From assembly GCF_030028105.1 (NCBI RefSeq), contig NC_092383.1, positions 87,005,921 through 87,069,920 on the forward strand: DNA of 64,000 nucleotides. The letters are read 5' to 3'. This DNA is from Mobula birostris (lineage: Eukaryota). Numbering within the stretch: position 1 is the first letter of the stretch; each line of letters starts with the position of its first letter. The position numbers and the translations under genes are program-made. Below, in pieces: positions 1 through 11,356 of the stretch. The notes under the pieces were generated by a model. It saw nothing but the letters and a program-made list of their open reading frames with translations, did not search any database and was not told the DNA's origin.

Positions 1-214
1 CTGTTGTAACTATATGTTATAATCATGTGGTTTTTGTCAATTTTTTTTAGTCTTGGTTTGTTTTGTGTTTCTGTGATAATATTCTGGAGGAACAAATTGT
101 ATCATTTGTTAATGCATGCATTACTAAATGACAATAAAAGAGGACTGTGTGTCCTCATAATCTAATCTAACCTAATGTAATCTAATCCCAAATGTGCTAA
201 ATCTTTTTTACGCT

Positions 215-1895
215 CGGTTCAATGTCACCAACACTGAGCCCCCGAGGAGAGCTGCCATAGTGACTTACTCTTTAGTCATCTCTGAGGCTGAATTACGCAG
301 GTGTTTCCAATCAGTGGGCAGCTGCAAGGCTGCGGGACCGGACGGCATCCCAGGGCAGCTACTTGGGATGTGTGCAGCACAACTGGCAGGTGTGTTTACA
401 GAGATTTTTAATCTCTCTCTCTTCCAGTGTAGAGTGCCCTCCTGCTTCAAAACATCCACTAATGCAGGGGTCCCCAACCGTTTTTATGCCATTGACCAAT
501 ACTATTAAACAAGGGGTCCGTGGACCCTCAGATTGGGAATCCCTGCACTAATGCTCCTGCACCTAAAAAGATCAAGGTTAACATGTCTGAACAACTGGCA
601 TCCTGACACATTCACCGCAATATTAAGCAAATGGTTTGAAAGACTACCTCTGCAGCATATTAACACCCATACTGGACCACTGACAATTTGCCTACTGACA
701 CAACTGATTGACAGATGATGCAATAGCCACAGCTCTACATACTGTCCTTACACATCTGGAGAAGAAGGATGCTTATGTGAGAATGCTGTTCTTGGACTAC
801 AACATTCAATGCCATAATTTCCTCCAGGGTTGACAAGAAGCTCAGAGACCTCAGCCTTCACCCTGCCTTGTGCAGCTGGATTCTGGACTTCCTGTCAGGT
901 CCTGGGCAGGTGGCAAGAATGTTCTCTCTCACCTCTGCCCCTCTGCTCTCAAAACAGGATCCCCTCAGGACTGTGTCCTAAGCCCCTTTCTTTACTCCCT
1001 GTATATTCATGAATATGTCATCACCCACAGCTCCAATCTGCTAATTAAATTTGCTCACTACATTGCTTGGCCTTAACTCAATAATGAGGCAGCCTACAGA
1101 GAGGAAGTCATCACCCTGACACAGAGGTGTCAAGAGAAGAACCTTGCTCTCAATATCGCAAAAACAAAGGAGCTAGTTGTGGACTACAGGAGGAATGGAG
1201 ACAGGCTAACCTCAAGTGACACCAATGTATCTGGGGTTGAGAGGGAGAACAGCTTTAAGTTCGTCAGCATACACATTACCGAGGATATCACGTGGTCTGT
1301 ACATACCGGCTCTGTGGAGAAGAAAGCACAACAGCACCTTTTTCACTTCAGACGGTTGAAGAAATTTGTTATGGGTCCCCAAATCCTAAGAACTTTCTGC
1401 AGGGGCAAATTGAGAGCACCCTGACTGGCTGCATCACTGCCTGGTATGGGAACAGTACTTCCCTCAATTGCAGGACTCTGCAGAGAGTGGTGCGGACAGC
1501 CTAGTGCATCTGTAGATGTGATCTTCCTACTATTCAGGACATTTACAGAGACAGGTGCGTAAAAAGCACCTGAATCATCATTAGGGACCCGAGTTACCCC
1601 AACCACAAACTGCTCCATCTGCTACCATCTGGGAAACGGTACAGCATCATAAAAGCCAGGACCAACAAGCTCGGGGACAGCTTCCTCCACCAGGCCAACA
1701 GACTGATTAATTCACACTGATAAAATTGTATTTCTATGCTTAAATGATTGTCCTGTTGTAAATATTATTTACTACTGCTACTTATTACAAATTACTATAA
1801 ATTGCACATTGCACATTTAGACGGGTACATAACGCAAAGATTTTTACTCCACACGTATGTGAAGGATGTAAGATATAAATAAAGTCAATTCAAAG
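215..1895 (+). mobile_element. Rex1/Babar-type LINE, 5'-truncated and decayed
   Basis: KAAGPDGIPG...CAAQLAGVFTEIFNLSL RT motif, FCRGKIESTLTGCITAWYGN C-terminal motif, 3' UTR ending aataaagtcaattcaaagtc. Confidence 0.85.
465..545. mobile_element. 81-bp hAT-type MITE
   Basis: Imperfect TIRs CAGGGGTCCCCAACC / GATTGGGAATCCCTG with a perfect 8-bp TSD CACTAATG (457-464 and 546-553). Confidence 0.85.
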
Positions 1896-1964
1896 TCATT
1901 TCAATTCCTTCCACTATCTGAAGTACTCCCTGATTGATTAGTGTAATTTCCACCCATCTAGAGG

Positions 1965-3920
1965 TATCGGAGAGATGATCTTCACAGCATGCCAAATACA
2001 GGAAAATGCCATCAACAAAGGCAACCCTGTACTTGGCTTTCATAGATTTGACAAGGGCATTTGATACAGTAGACCGTAAAGCTGTCTAGTATGTGCTTTC
2101 AAGACATGGCTGTCCTGACACGTGCTTACAAATACCGAGGCTACTGCATGATGGTATGTCAGCCACAGTACTCAGCAATAGTGGTGATGAATCAGAACCC
2201 TTCAATGCCAACACGGGAGTCTAATAGGGCTGTGTCAGTGCACTCACTCTAACTGTCATTCTTATTCCGACCATCCTTCACCTCATTTTCAAGTCATAGA
2301 GAATACAACACAGAAACAGGTTGTTCGGCCCATCTAGTCCATGTTGAAACCATATAAACTGCCTACTCCCATCGACATACACAGGGACCGTAGACCTGTA
2401 TACCCCAAACATCCAAACTTCTCTTAAGTATTGATATCGAGCTCACATGCAGTACTTGTGCTGGGAGCTCATTTCACACTCTTACGGCCCTCTGAGTGAA
2501 GAAGTTTCCCCTTATGTTCCTGTACATCTTCTCTCCTTTTACTACTAACGCATGACCTCTGGTTGAAGTCCCACCCAACCTCAGTGGAAAGAATCTGCAT
2601 GCATTTACCCTATCTATACCCCTCATAATTTTGTATACCACTATCAAATCTCCTCTCAATCTTCTACGTTCTAAATAATATAGTCCTCACCTATTCATTC
2701 TTTCCTTATAACTCAGGCCATCCAGAACCAACCATGTCCTTGTAAATTTTCTTTGTACTTTTTGAAACTTGCTTACATCTTTCCTTAGGTACATGACCAA
2801 GTCTGTGAACAATATTCCAAATTCAGCCTCATGATTATCTTATACAATCTCAACATAACGTCCCATCTCCTGTACTAAATACATTGATTTAAGAAAGCCA
2901 ATATGCAAAAGCCTTTTTTAAGAACCTATCTACCTGTGATGCCATTTTCAATGAATTATGGACCTGTATTCCCAGATCCCTTTGTCTTCCACACTCCTCA
3001 GTGCCCTGCCATTCACTGTGTACCTACCCCGGTTGGTCCGACTGAAGCGCAAACCCACGCACTTGTCTGCATTAAATTCCATCTGCCTTTTTTCAGCCCA
3101 TTTTTCCAGCTATGCAAATCTCTCTGTAAGCCATGATAGCCTTCCACACCGTCCATTACACCCCCAGCCTTGGCTTCATCTGCAGATTTGCTGATCCAGT
3201 TAACCACATTTTCATCCAGATCATTGTAGATGACAAACAACACTAGTCACAGGCCTCTAATTAGAGAGGAATCACTTTAATACCACTCTCTGGCTTCTCC
3301 CACAAAGCCAATTTCTTATCCGCTTTACTACCTCATCCTGAATACCAAGGTCATTGGCTAAGGTCTGCCACAGTGAATCCCAATCATGTATAGAATGGGC
3401 AGAAGACTTTTCAACCTCAACCGGTTCAAGGCCAAGAAGACGGTCAGCACTATCACTATCATGGAGCTTTGGTATGCAGACGACAACACCATCATAGCAC
3501 ATTCTGAAGAAGACATCCAATGTTTCTTGAATGCCTTTGCCAGTGGCCTGTGTCTTGTTTTGAATATATAAAAAAGACACAGGTCCTATATCAGCCACCA
3601 CCTAACCAGCCATTTATCCAACCCTCCATAATAGTTGACAATATCACCATTGAAAATATAGATCACTTTCCTTACCTTGGCAGCAGTCTCTCCTGAAAAG
3701 CAGACATTGACTCAGAGGTTAACCACTGCTTGTGCAGTGCTAGTAGAGCCAATGAAAGATTAAGGAAAGGGTCTTTGAAAAACGTGACCTACAAAATGTT
3801 TTGTCAAGCATTCGTTCTTCCTACATTACTGTATGGAGCTGAATCATGGACACCTACAGTAGACACCCAAAGTCCCTGGAGCAACACCACCAAAGCACCT
3901 TATGACAAATCTTGGGGATC
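1965..3920 (+). mobile_element. RTE-type LINE fragments (about 1965-2285 and 3345-3920) split by a CR1
   Basis: LYLAFIDLTRAFDTV and ELWYADD...HSEEDIQ, LPTLLYGAESWT motifs. Confidence 0.75.
2295..3335 (-). mobile_element. CR1 LINE 3' fragment
   Basis: LFVIYNDLDE...ADEAK and RGDLIVVYKIMRGIDRV...TRGH...FFTQR motifs. Confidence 0.85.
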
Positions 3921-3927
3921 AGTAAGT

Positions 3928-5015
3928 GGAGATAGCACACACAAAATGCTGGAGGAACTCAACAAGTCAGGCAGCCTTTATGGAAAACAGCACAGTTGAT
4001 GTTTCCAGCCGAAACCCTTCAGCAGGACTGGAGATAAAAGGATGAAGAGTTGAGTTAAAAGGTGAGGGGAGAGGCTGGAGAGATACAAGGTGATAAGTGA
4101 AACCCGGGGGGGGGAGGGGTGAGGTAAAGAGCTGGGAAGTTGATTGGTGAAAAAGATACAGGCTTGGAGAAGGAGGAGTCTGCTAGGAGAGGAGAGAAGG
4201 CCATGGAAGAATGAAAAGTGAGGAGGAGAACCCAAGGCAGGTGATGGGCAGGCAAGGAGATAAACTGGATGGGGAATGGTGAAGCGGGGGTGCATTACCA
4301 GAAGTTCATGAAATCGATGTTCATGCCATCAGGTTGGAGGCTACCCCAATGGAATATAAGGTGTGGTACCTTCAACCTGAGTGTGGCCTTATGACAGTGG
4401 AGGAGGCCATGGATAAACATATCAGAATGGGAATGGGAAGTGGAATTAAAATGGGCGGCCACTGGGAGATCTCACTTTTTCTGGTGGATGGACCAGTCTC
4501 CCAACCTACTTTGGGTCTCACCGATAAACAGCAGGCTACACTAGAAGCACTGGGCACAGGATATGACCCAAACAGACTCACAGGTGAAGTATCACCTCAC
4601 ATGGAAAGACTGTTTAGGACCCTGAATGGTAGTGAGGGAGGAGGTGTAGGGGCAGGTGTAGCACTTGTTCCTCTTTCAAGGATATATGCCAGAAGGGAGA
4701 TCAGTGGGGAGGGACGAATGAACAAGGGAGCCGTGTAGACAGAGATTCCCTGCAGAAAGCAGAAAGTGGGGGAGAGGGAAAGATAGGATCCCATTGGAGA
4801 TGGCAGAAGCTGTGGAGAATTATGTGCTGGATGTGAAGGCTGGTGTGGTGGTAGGTGAGGACAAGAGGAACCCTATCCCTCGGGTGGCAGGAGAATAGGG
4901 TGAGAGCAGACGTGCATGAAATGGAAGAGATGTAGTTGAGGGCTGCACTGATGGTGGAAGAAGGGAAGCCCCTATCACTGAAGAAGGAAGACATCTCCTT
5001 CCTTCTGGAATAAAA
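3928..5015 (-). mobile_element. Penelope-like element 3' fragment (GIY-YIG region plus 3' UTR)
   Basis: RVPLVLTYH...QHIIL motif, homology to 37426-39185, degenerate hammerhead at 3993-4030. Confidence 0.8.
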
Positions 5016-5136
5016 AACCTCATTCCATTCTCCCCGTAACCTTAGACACCCTTACTAATCAAACACCTACAAAACTCCACTTTAAATGTACCCAATGACT
5101 TTGCCACCACAGCCACCTGTGACAATGAATTCCACG

Positions 5137-6345
5137 GAATGGCATAGAGCCTTTGGTCCAACTCGTCCTCATTATCTTCCACAATCTCCGGAGGAGTTTT
5201 AGGCATTTCTTATGCACCTGGTAGGGTATACCTCTCGGTCCTGGAGTGGCAGATGACTTTTCTCTCTTGATGATAGCTTGGACTTCTTGCCACATGGGTT
5301 CTGCCATGTTCAGCTCAGTTGCTGGGATTCTTGGTTTGGGGACATTTGTACTGAATTCTAGTCCCTGATTCCTACAGGGATCGCTGTGTGATTCCCACAG
5401 AAAATCTTCCACCTCCTGCTTTGAGCTGGTTAGGGGGCCAGAGTTTTGTTGGCTGAGAAAAGCCCTGGTAAACTTAAAGGGGTTTTTGACAAACTCTGTT
5501 TTCCTTCTCTCTTTCTCTCTTCTTCACTTTCACAGCAGCTCCACCTTCCTGAGCTTATGCAACCGTTCCCACAGTGTACTGGTTAGACCTTTGACACCTT
5601 CTTTTTCACCAGGTGAACTGTTTTTGAATAGTTTGTTCAGGGTTTTAATTTTGCTTCTCAGGTAGCAAATCTTCTTTTACCTCCTGTTTGGTTGCCGTGA
5701 TGGCTTAAGATCCCCTTTCTTCTCCATTGGGCCGAATTGCCTTTAGCAAAGTGGAACACCATGGCCGTGAGGGAGTCACTTTTCCTGCAGACAGGTCCTG
5801 CCAATGTAGCTTCCAAGATGCAATCCAGGTCGTTGTCGAACTGCTTTCAAGATGCATTGTCTGATGATCTAGGCCATCTGACCCTCTCTTTCCTTGATGA
5901 ATGAATATGGGTATCTGAGAGATCATTCACTTGCTCCATTTTTTGGCACTGGGTGGCTCAGGTGTGCAGAGATCTGTGGGGAGTTTCCTGGCTGGAATTC
6001 TCCATCATCTCACCGGAGCAAGTGAGTGATCTCTCGGATACCCAAATTCATTCATCAAAGAACGAGAGGGTCAGATGGCCTAGATCATCAGACAATGTAT
6101 CTTGAAAGCATTTCGAGTCAGCTTCATTCCACAACTGGACCTGCTTTGGTGTACCCTGGGACCCTTGAAGTTTTTGCATATTTTGCCACAGTGGCACTTT
6201 GCAAAGAATGTCTCCCCAGTCAGTGTTGTTTGCTTGAGCCTTCTCACTACCATACCTCCAGCCCTGGCCATTGCCTTTATGTCTGTCCTATTGATTGTCT
6301 GATTCTTCCCCCCACCCTTTCAGGAGACTCCGGGGTATAACATAT
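5137..6345 (-). mobile_element. HERO-type (RLE non-LTR) retrotransposon 5' portion, decayed
   Basis: N-terminal zinc-finger-like CHCGKICKNFKGPRVHQSRSSC, RVRWP...QFDNDLD and WQEVQAIIKREKSSATPGPRGIPYQV...LLRRLWKI motifs, recalled as typical of HERO/NeSL-group ORFs. Confidence 0.65.
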
Positions 6346-6593
6346 TTAGTTCATCCCTTACTTGTATGATGCCCTCATGTGAGTGCTGCACACATGAGGG
6401 CATCATACAAGGTTACTAGCCTTGTGTGTCCATGCCAGTCTTTTCTGGAGGTCAGTTGTCTTTCCAGAGTCAGTGACGTTTCTTGGTTGCTATCCAGTCT
6501 TTCCTGGAAGTCACTGGTGAACCAGAATGTGGAAACACACTGTGACATTAGTGGGCACTGACAATGATGACTACAATCAAATAAAAATCATTA

Positions 6594-7312
6594 GATAAGG
6601 TAGTTAAGAAAGCTTATGGGGTGTTAGCTTTCATAAGTCAAGGGATAGAGTTTAAGAATCGCGAGGTAATGATGCAGCTCTATGAAACTCTGGTTAGGCC
6701 ACATTTGAAGTACTGTATCCAGTTCTGGTCGCCTCACTATAGGAAGGATGTGGAAGCATTGGAGAGGGTACAGAGGAGATTTACCAGGATGCTGCCTGGT
6801 TTAGAGAGTATGCATTATGATCAGAGGTTAAGGGAGCTAGGGCTTTACTCTTTGGAAAGAAGGAGGATGAGAGGAGACATGATAGAGGTGTACAAGATAT
6901 TAAGAGGAATAAATAGGGTGGATAGACAGCGTCTCCTCCCCAGGGCACCACTGCTCAATACAAGAGGACATGGCTTTAAGGTAAGGGGTGGGAAGTTCAA
7001 GGGGGATATTAGAGGAAAGTTTTTTACTCAGAGAGTGGTTGGTGCATGGAGTGCACTGCCTGAGTCAGTGGTGGAGGCAGATACAGTAGTGAAATTTAAG
7101 AGACTGCTAGACAAGTAGTAGTCCCAGTGCACACCCGGTTCGTTGAACCAAGTGGTGTCGGACCACGATAATGAAAGGCATGGGCCAGATTAACCTGGCT
7201 TCACCACACGTGTATATGGAGGAATTTAAGTTGGGGGGTTATATGGGAGGCAGGCACAACATTGTGGGCTGAAGGACCTGTACTGTGCTGTACCATTCTA
7301 TGCTCTGTGTTC
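6594..7312 (+). mobile_element. CR1 LINE 3' fragment
   Basis: ORF 6621-7118 (RPHLKYCIQFWSPH...TRGH...FFTQRVV); absent from the paralogous intron at about 53475. Confidence 0.9.
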
Positions 7313-7623
7313 TACTTGTGAAGAGCTGTGAGGATGTGAGGAGGGACAATGCTGTGGTCTTCTCTGTCTGTGTGAAATTCAATTATACCAATTGACAGAG
7401 TGGGCAGTTTCCTCAGTTCACAACAACAGCTTTAAATAAAACATCTTTTTTGTTATTATTGTGTTCTTTATCTTTTCTGTAATTTTGTGTTGCACTGGAT
7501 CCAGAGTAACAATTATTTTGTTCTCCTTTACACTTGTGTGTAGGAAATGACATAAAACAATCTTGAATCTGTTTCATGAAACTTAGTTTTAGCTGTCTAT
7601 TTTCTGAAGAGCTTCTCCCTCAG

Positions 7624-7921
7624 TTTTATGGGCAGAAAGACATGTAAGAGGATTTGTGGGAAGAGCGATCACAATCAATTTTCTCTATGCACCACTGTAT
7701 GACTCAGATCCAAAGTTACCAATGCACATTGTTAGTGAATACAAATGGGCAAAACGAGCAGTATGGAAGAATGACAATCAGAGATATCACAACCCAGGGA
7801 ATATTTAGTGTGACTACAGAGAATTTTGTCTTTCAAGACATAGGACTTTACAGATATGACAATATGATTACAACATCTGACAATCACCCAGATTTTGATG
7901 TGCCTCTATAAATATCTGACA
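7624..7921 (+). pseudogene. IgV pseudo-exon, V2 type
   Basis: Acceptor ttctccctcag|. Matches V2 (TNGQNEQYGRMTIRD) and V1. About 20-nt deletion removes the YLC/YWC motif (frameshift); B-strand Cys is Phe, F-strand Cys lost, in-frame TAA, donor GT changed to AT. Confidence 0.85.
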
Positions 7922-8624
7922 ATAAATTTCTCATTGATTGACTTCATGTCTCCTTTGAAATATCTGATCCATATTTTCAGTGTGGGGGCTTGGGGCAGCA
8001 CTGATATTCTGAGGTTCTGTTGCAGTGCAGAGTCCTGTGGGAAGACAGCAGGGTTCAGAAGATCCCATTCATGTTGTTCTTACCCAGTGTTGGGTGTCTC
8101 CCACTGACGGGACACCGATTTCCAGTGGGAGGCTCCGCACGTTTTCCTACCTCTGAACTGTATGAAATGTCAATTTGTCAGAGGTTTACAATCAGACTAA
8201 AACTAATGATCCAACAATAATAGATCAGTGAGATACAGGTGTCTAAGTACTTCAAAAATTTTAAAATGGAATCTGTAAAGACAGGCCCATTCATTACTCA
8301 GGGATGATCCGTATAGACTGATTTGATCAGTTGCTAGGTAAAGCCCAGCCCACCAATGAGCACATCTACAAAGGAGGGCTGCCATAAGAAAGCAGAATCC
8401 ATCATCAAGGGCCCGTGTCTTCCAAACATGCTCTCTTCTCGCTGCTGCCATCGGGAAGGAGATACTGGAGCCTCAGGTCCCAAACCATCATGTTCAGGAA
8501 CAGTGCAGCTATCAGGCTCCTGAACCTGGGTGGATAACCTCAGGCACACCGACACTGAAATGATCACTGAACCCAACCAATGGATTCACCTTCAAGGACT
8601 CTACAACTCCTGTTCTCAGTATAA

Positions 8625-9995
8625 TATCTGGCCAATTAGTCTAACTTCAGTGGTTGGGAAAGTGTTGGAGTCCATTATTAAGGATGAAGTTTTGAGGTAT
8701 TTGTAGACTAATGATAAAATAATTCAAAGTCAGCATGGTTTCTGTGAAGGGAAGTCTTGCCTGACAAATCTGCTAGAGTTCTTCGAGGAAGTAACATGCA
8801 GGGTGAACAAAGGAGAGGCAGCGGATCTCATTTACTTGGATTTTCAGAAGGTGTTTGATGAGGCTTCTTAACAAGGTAAAATCCTATGGTGTTACAGGAA
8901 GGATACCGGCATGGATAGCAGAATGGCTGACAGGCAAGAGGCAGCAAGTGGGAATAAAAGAGGCCTTTTTTGGTTGGCTGCCGGTGACTAGAGGTGTTCC
9001 TCAGGGGTCAGTACTGGGACCATGGCTTTTCACATTGTTTATCAATGAATTAGATAATGGAATCGATGGCATTGTGGCAAAGTATGCAGATGATATGAAG
9101 ATAGGTAGAGGGGAAGGTAGTGCTGAGGAAGCAATGCAATTGCAGCAGGACTTAGACAAATTGGAAGAATGGGCAAAACAGTGACAGATGGAATACACTG
9201 TTGGGAAATATATGACAATGCATTTTGGTAAAAGGAACAATAGGGTGGACTATTATCCAAATGGGGAGAAGGTTCAAACATCAGAGGGACTATGGAATCC
9301 TCATGAAAGACTCCCAGAAGGTTAATTTACAGGTTGAGTCTGTGGTAAAGAAGGCAAATGCAGTGTTGGCATTTATATAAAGGGGATTAAAATATAAAAG
9401 CAAAGAGATAATGCTGAGTCTTAAGAAGATATCAGCCAGGCCGCAATTGAGGCATTGTGGGCCCCAGTTTGGGCTCCATGTCTCAGAAAGGATTGAAGAG
9501 AATCTAGAGGAAGTTCACAAGGATGATTACAGGAATGAAAGGGTTTACATATGAGAAGTGTTGGCTACTTTGGACTTGTACTCACTGGAATTTAGAGGAA
9601 TGCATGAGGATCGCATTGAAACCAACTGAATGCTGAAAGGACCAGAGAGAGTGGATGAGGAGAGGATGTTCCCTGTGGGAGGTGTGGTATCCAGAACTAG
9701 AGGGCACAACCTCAAAATTAAGGGGTGATCCTTTAAAGCAGAGGTAAGGAAGATTTTTTTTTAAGCCAGAGAGCAGTAAATGTGTGGAATGCTCTGCTAC
9801 AGACTGTGGTGGAGGCAAGCCCATGGTTAATTTAAGGCAGAAGTTAATCATTCGCTGATCGGTCAGGGCATCAAAGGATATGGTGAGAAGGTAGGTGTGT
9901 GGGCTTGAGTGAGATCCAGGATCAGCTATGACGGAATGGTGGAGCAGACTTGATGGGCTGAGTGGCGTAATTCTGCTCCTATGTCTTATGGTCTT
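8625..9995 (+). mobile_element. 5'-truncated CR1, shared with copy A'
   Basis: GVPQGSVLGP...YADD RT motifs; tail tcttatggtcttatag; same 5' junction as 29570. Confidence 0.85.
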
Positions 9996-11356
9996 ATAGT
10001 CTTTTATATACTTATTTATTTATTGTATTTGCAGAGTTTCTCTTCCTTTGCACATTGTTTGTTAATCCATATTTGTATGTCCTGTTTCATTGATTCTGTT
10101 GCATTTCTTTGTCCTACTATGAATGTCTGCAAGAAAATAAATGTCAAGGGAGGGTAGATCTGGTGGAATTAACATACTTTGATAATAAATTTACTATGTG
10201 CATTTTGATAAGGTGCATGATTACTGACCTTTTGTCACACATTTTGTAGAATTGGACTGAGAAAGGGACATAAGCATGAAATTTGCCAGTCACTGTACAG
10301 AGGTCTTAAAGGAGAACAAGCAATGGAAATAAAAGTTGGGTGCTGAATAAAATGTGTGAGCTGCAAATTATAGCAGCTTGCATTGTTCATCAGGGTGTGA
10401 ATCTGCAAACAGAAGGTGTGACTTTTCTCAGTACTGATCTGTGACTGTGACCCACGAATGTACAATAAAGGGTCTTGAAAATGAGAGAAGGTGAACTGCA
10501 TTATTGTCATTATTTTCAGTGTAGCTTATGGTGACATGTATGTACTGTACTTTGATAATCAACTTAATTTGAATTTTGAACTTTGAAATGCCTCTCTGAC
10601 AAGGAGGAATATGACATAATATCTTGCACTTGCTCTGTGAGGATCTGAAGCAGTAACACCAGACTCTGTTTGGAGCTTGTTACATCTTCAGGTCAACGTT
10701 ACCTGATGGGTGATGATTATCTGGAGATAATTCGAGATGCACTGGTCCGACTTGGAAGCCTCGACATGTTCATCCTGAGCTGCAAAGCAACAAATTTCAC
10801 ATTAGGAGATGGTGAAATTAATCTGATTCTGATTCTGAAAGGGACCCTTTCCCTTTCCAAGAACATCCCAAAACAAATCACAAAGGAGATGTTGGGAACA
10901 TATGTTCTCTTTACTTAGGGAAGGACCAATAGATGCCTTATGTAAACAAATCGTTCCATTTTCTTCCTGCATTGCTCCATTTCTTCCGGCCATAAGACAA
11001 AACGACACAGGAATATAATTAGGCCATTCAGTCTGCTCTGCCATTCTATAATGGCTGTTTTATTATCACCCTCAACCACATTCAGCTCATAACTTTTGAC
11101 ACCCTTACTAAGCATAAAACTATCAAACTCCGTTTTAGATATACGCAATGATCTGGCCTCTACAGTCATCTGTGGCAATTAATTCCACAGATTCAGCATC
11201 CTCTGGCTAAAAAAATCCCTCCTCATCTCTGTTCTAAAGGGGTGTTCTTTTATTCTTAGATTGACCCTCTGCTCTGGGACTGGCCCCACTATAGGAAACA
11301 TCCTTTCTGTCTGCATTCCATCCAGGTTTTGGGCCTTTACTATTGAAGCGGTTTCA

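Larger units (their letters stand above)
6526..7950 (+). repeat. Segmental paralog of 53407-53990 (V2 upstream intron plus exon)
   Basis: Shared gtggaa(a/g)cacactg(t/g)gacattagtgggca...caaataaaaatcatta and gaagagctg...attcaatta; here interrupted by a CR1. Confidence 0.85.

Noticed and set aside
3993-4030. Second hammerhead ribozyme (minus strand)
   Set aside because: Core reads CUGCUGA instead of CUGANGA and stems II/III are mutated; likely inactive.
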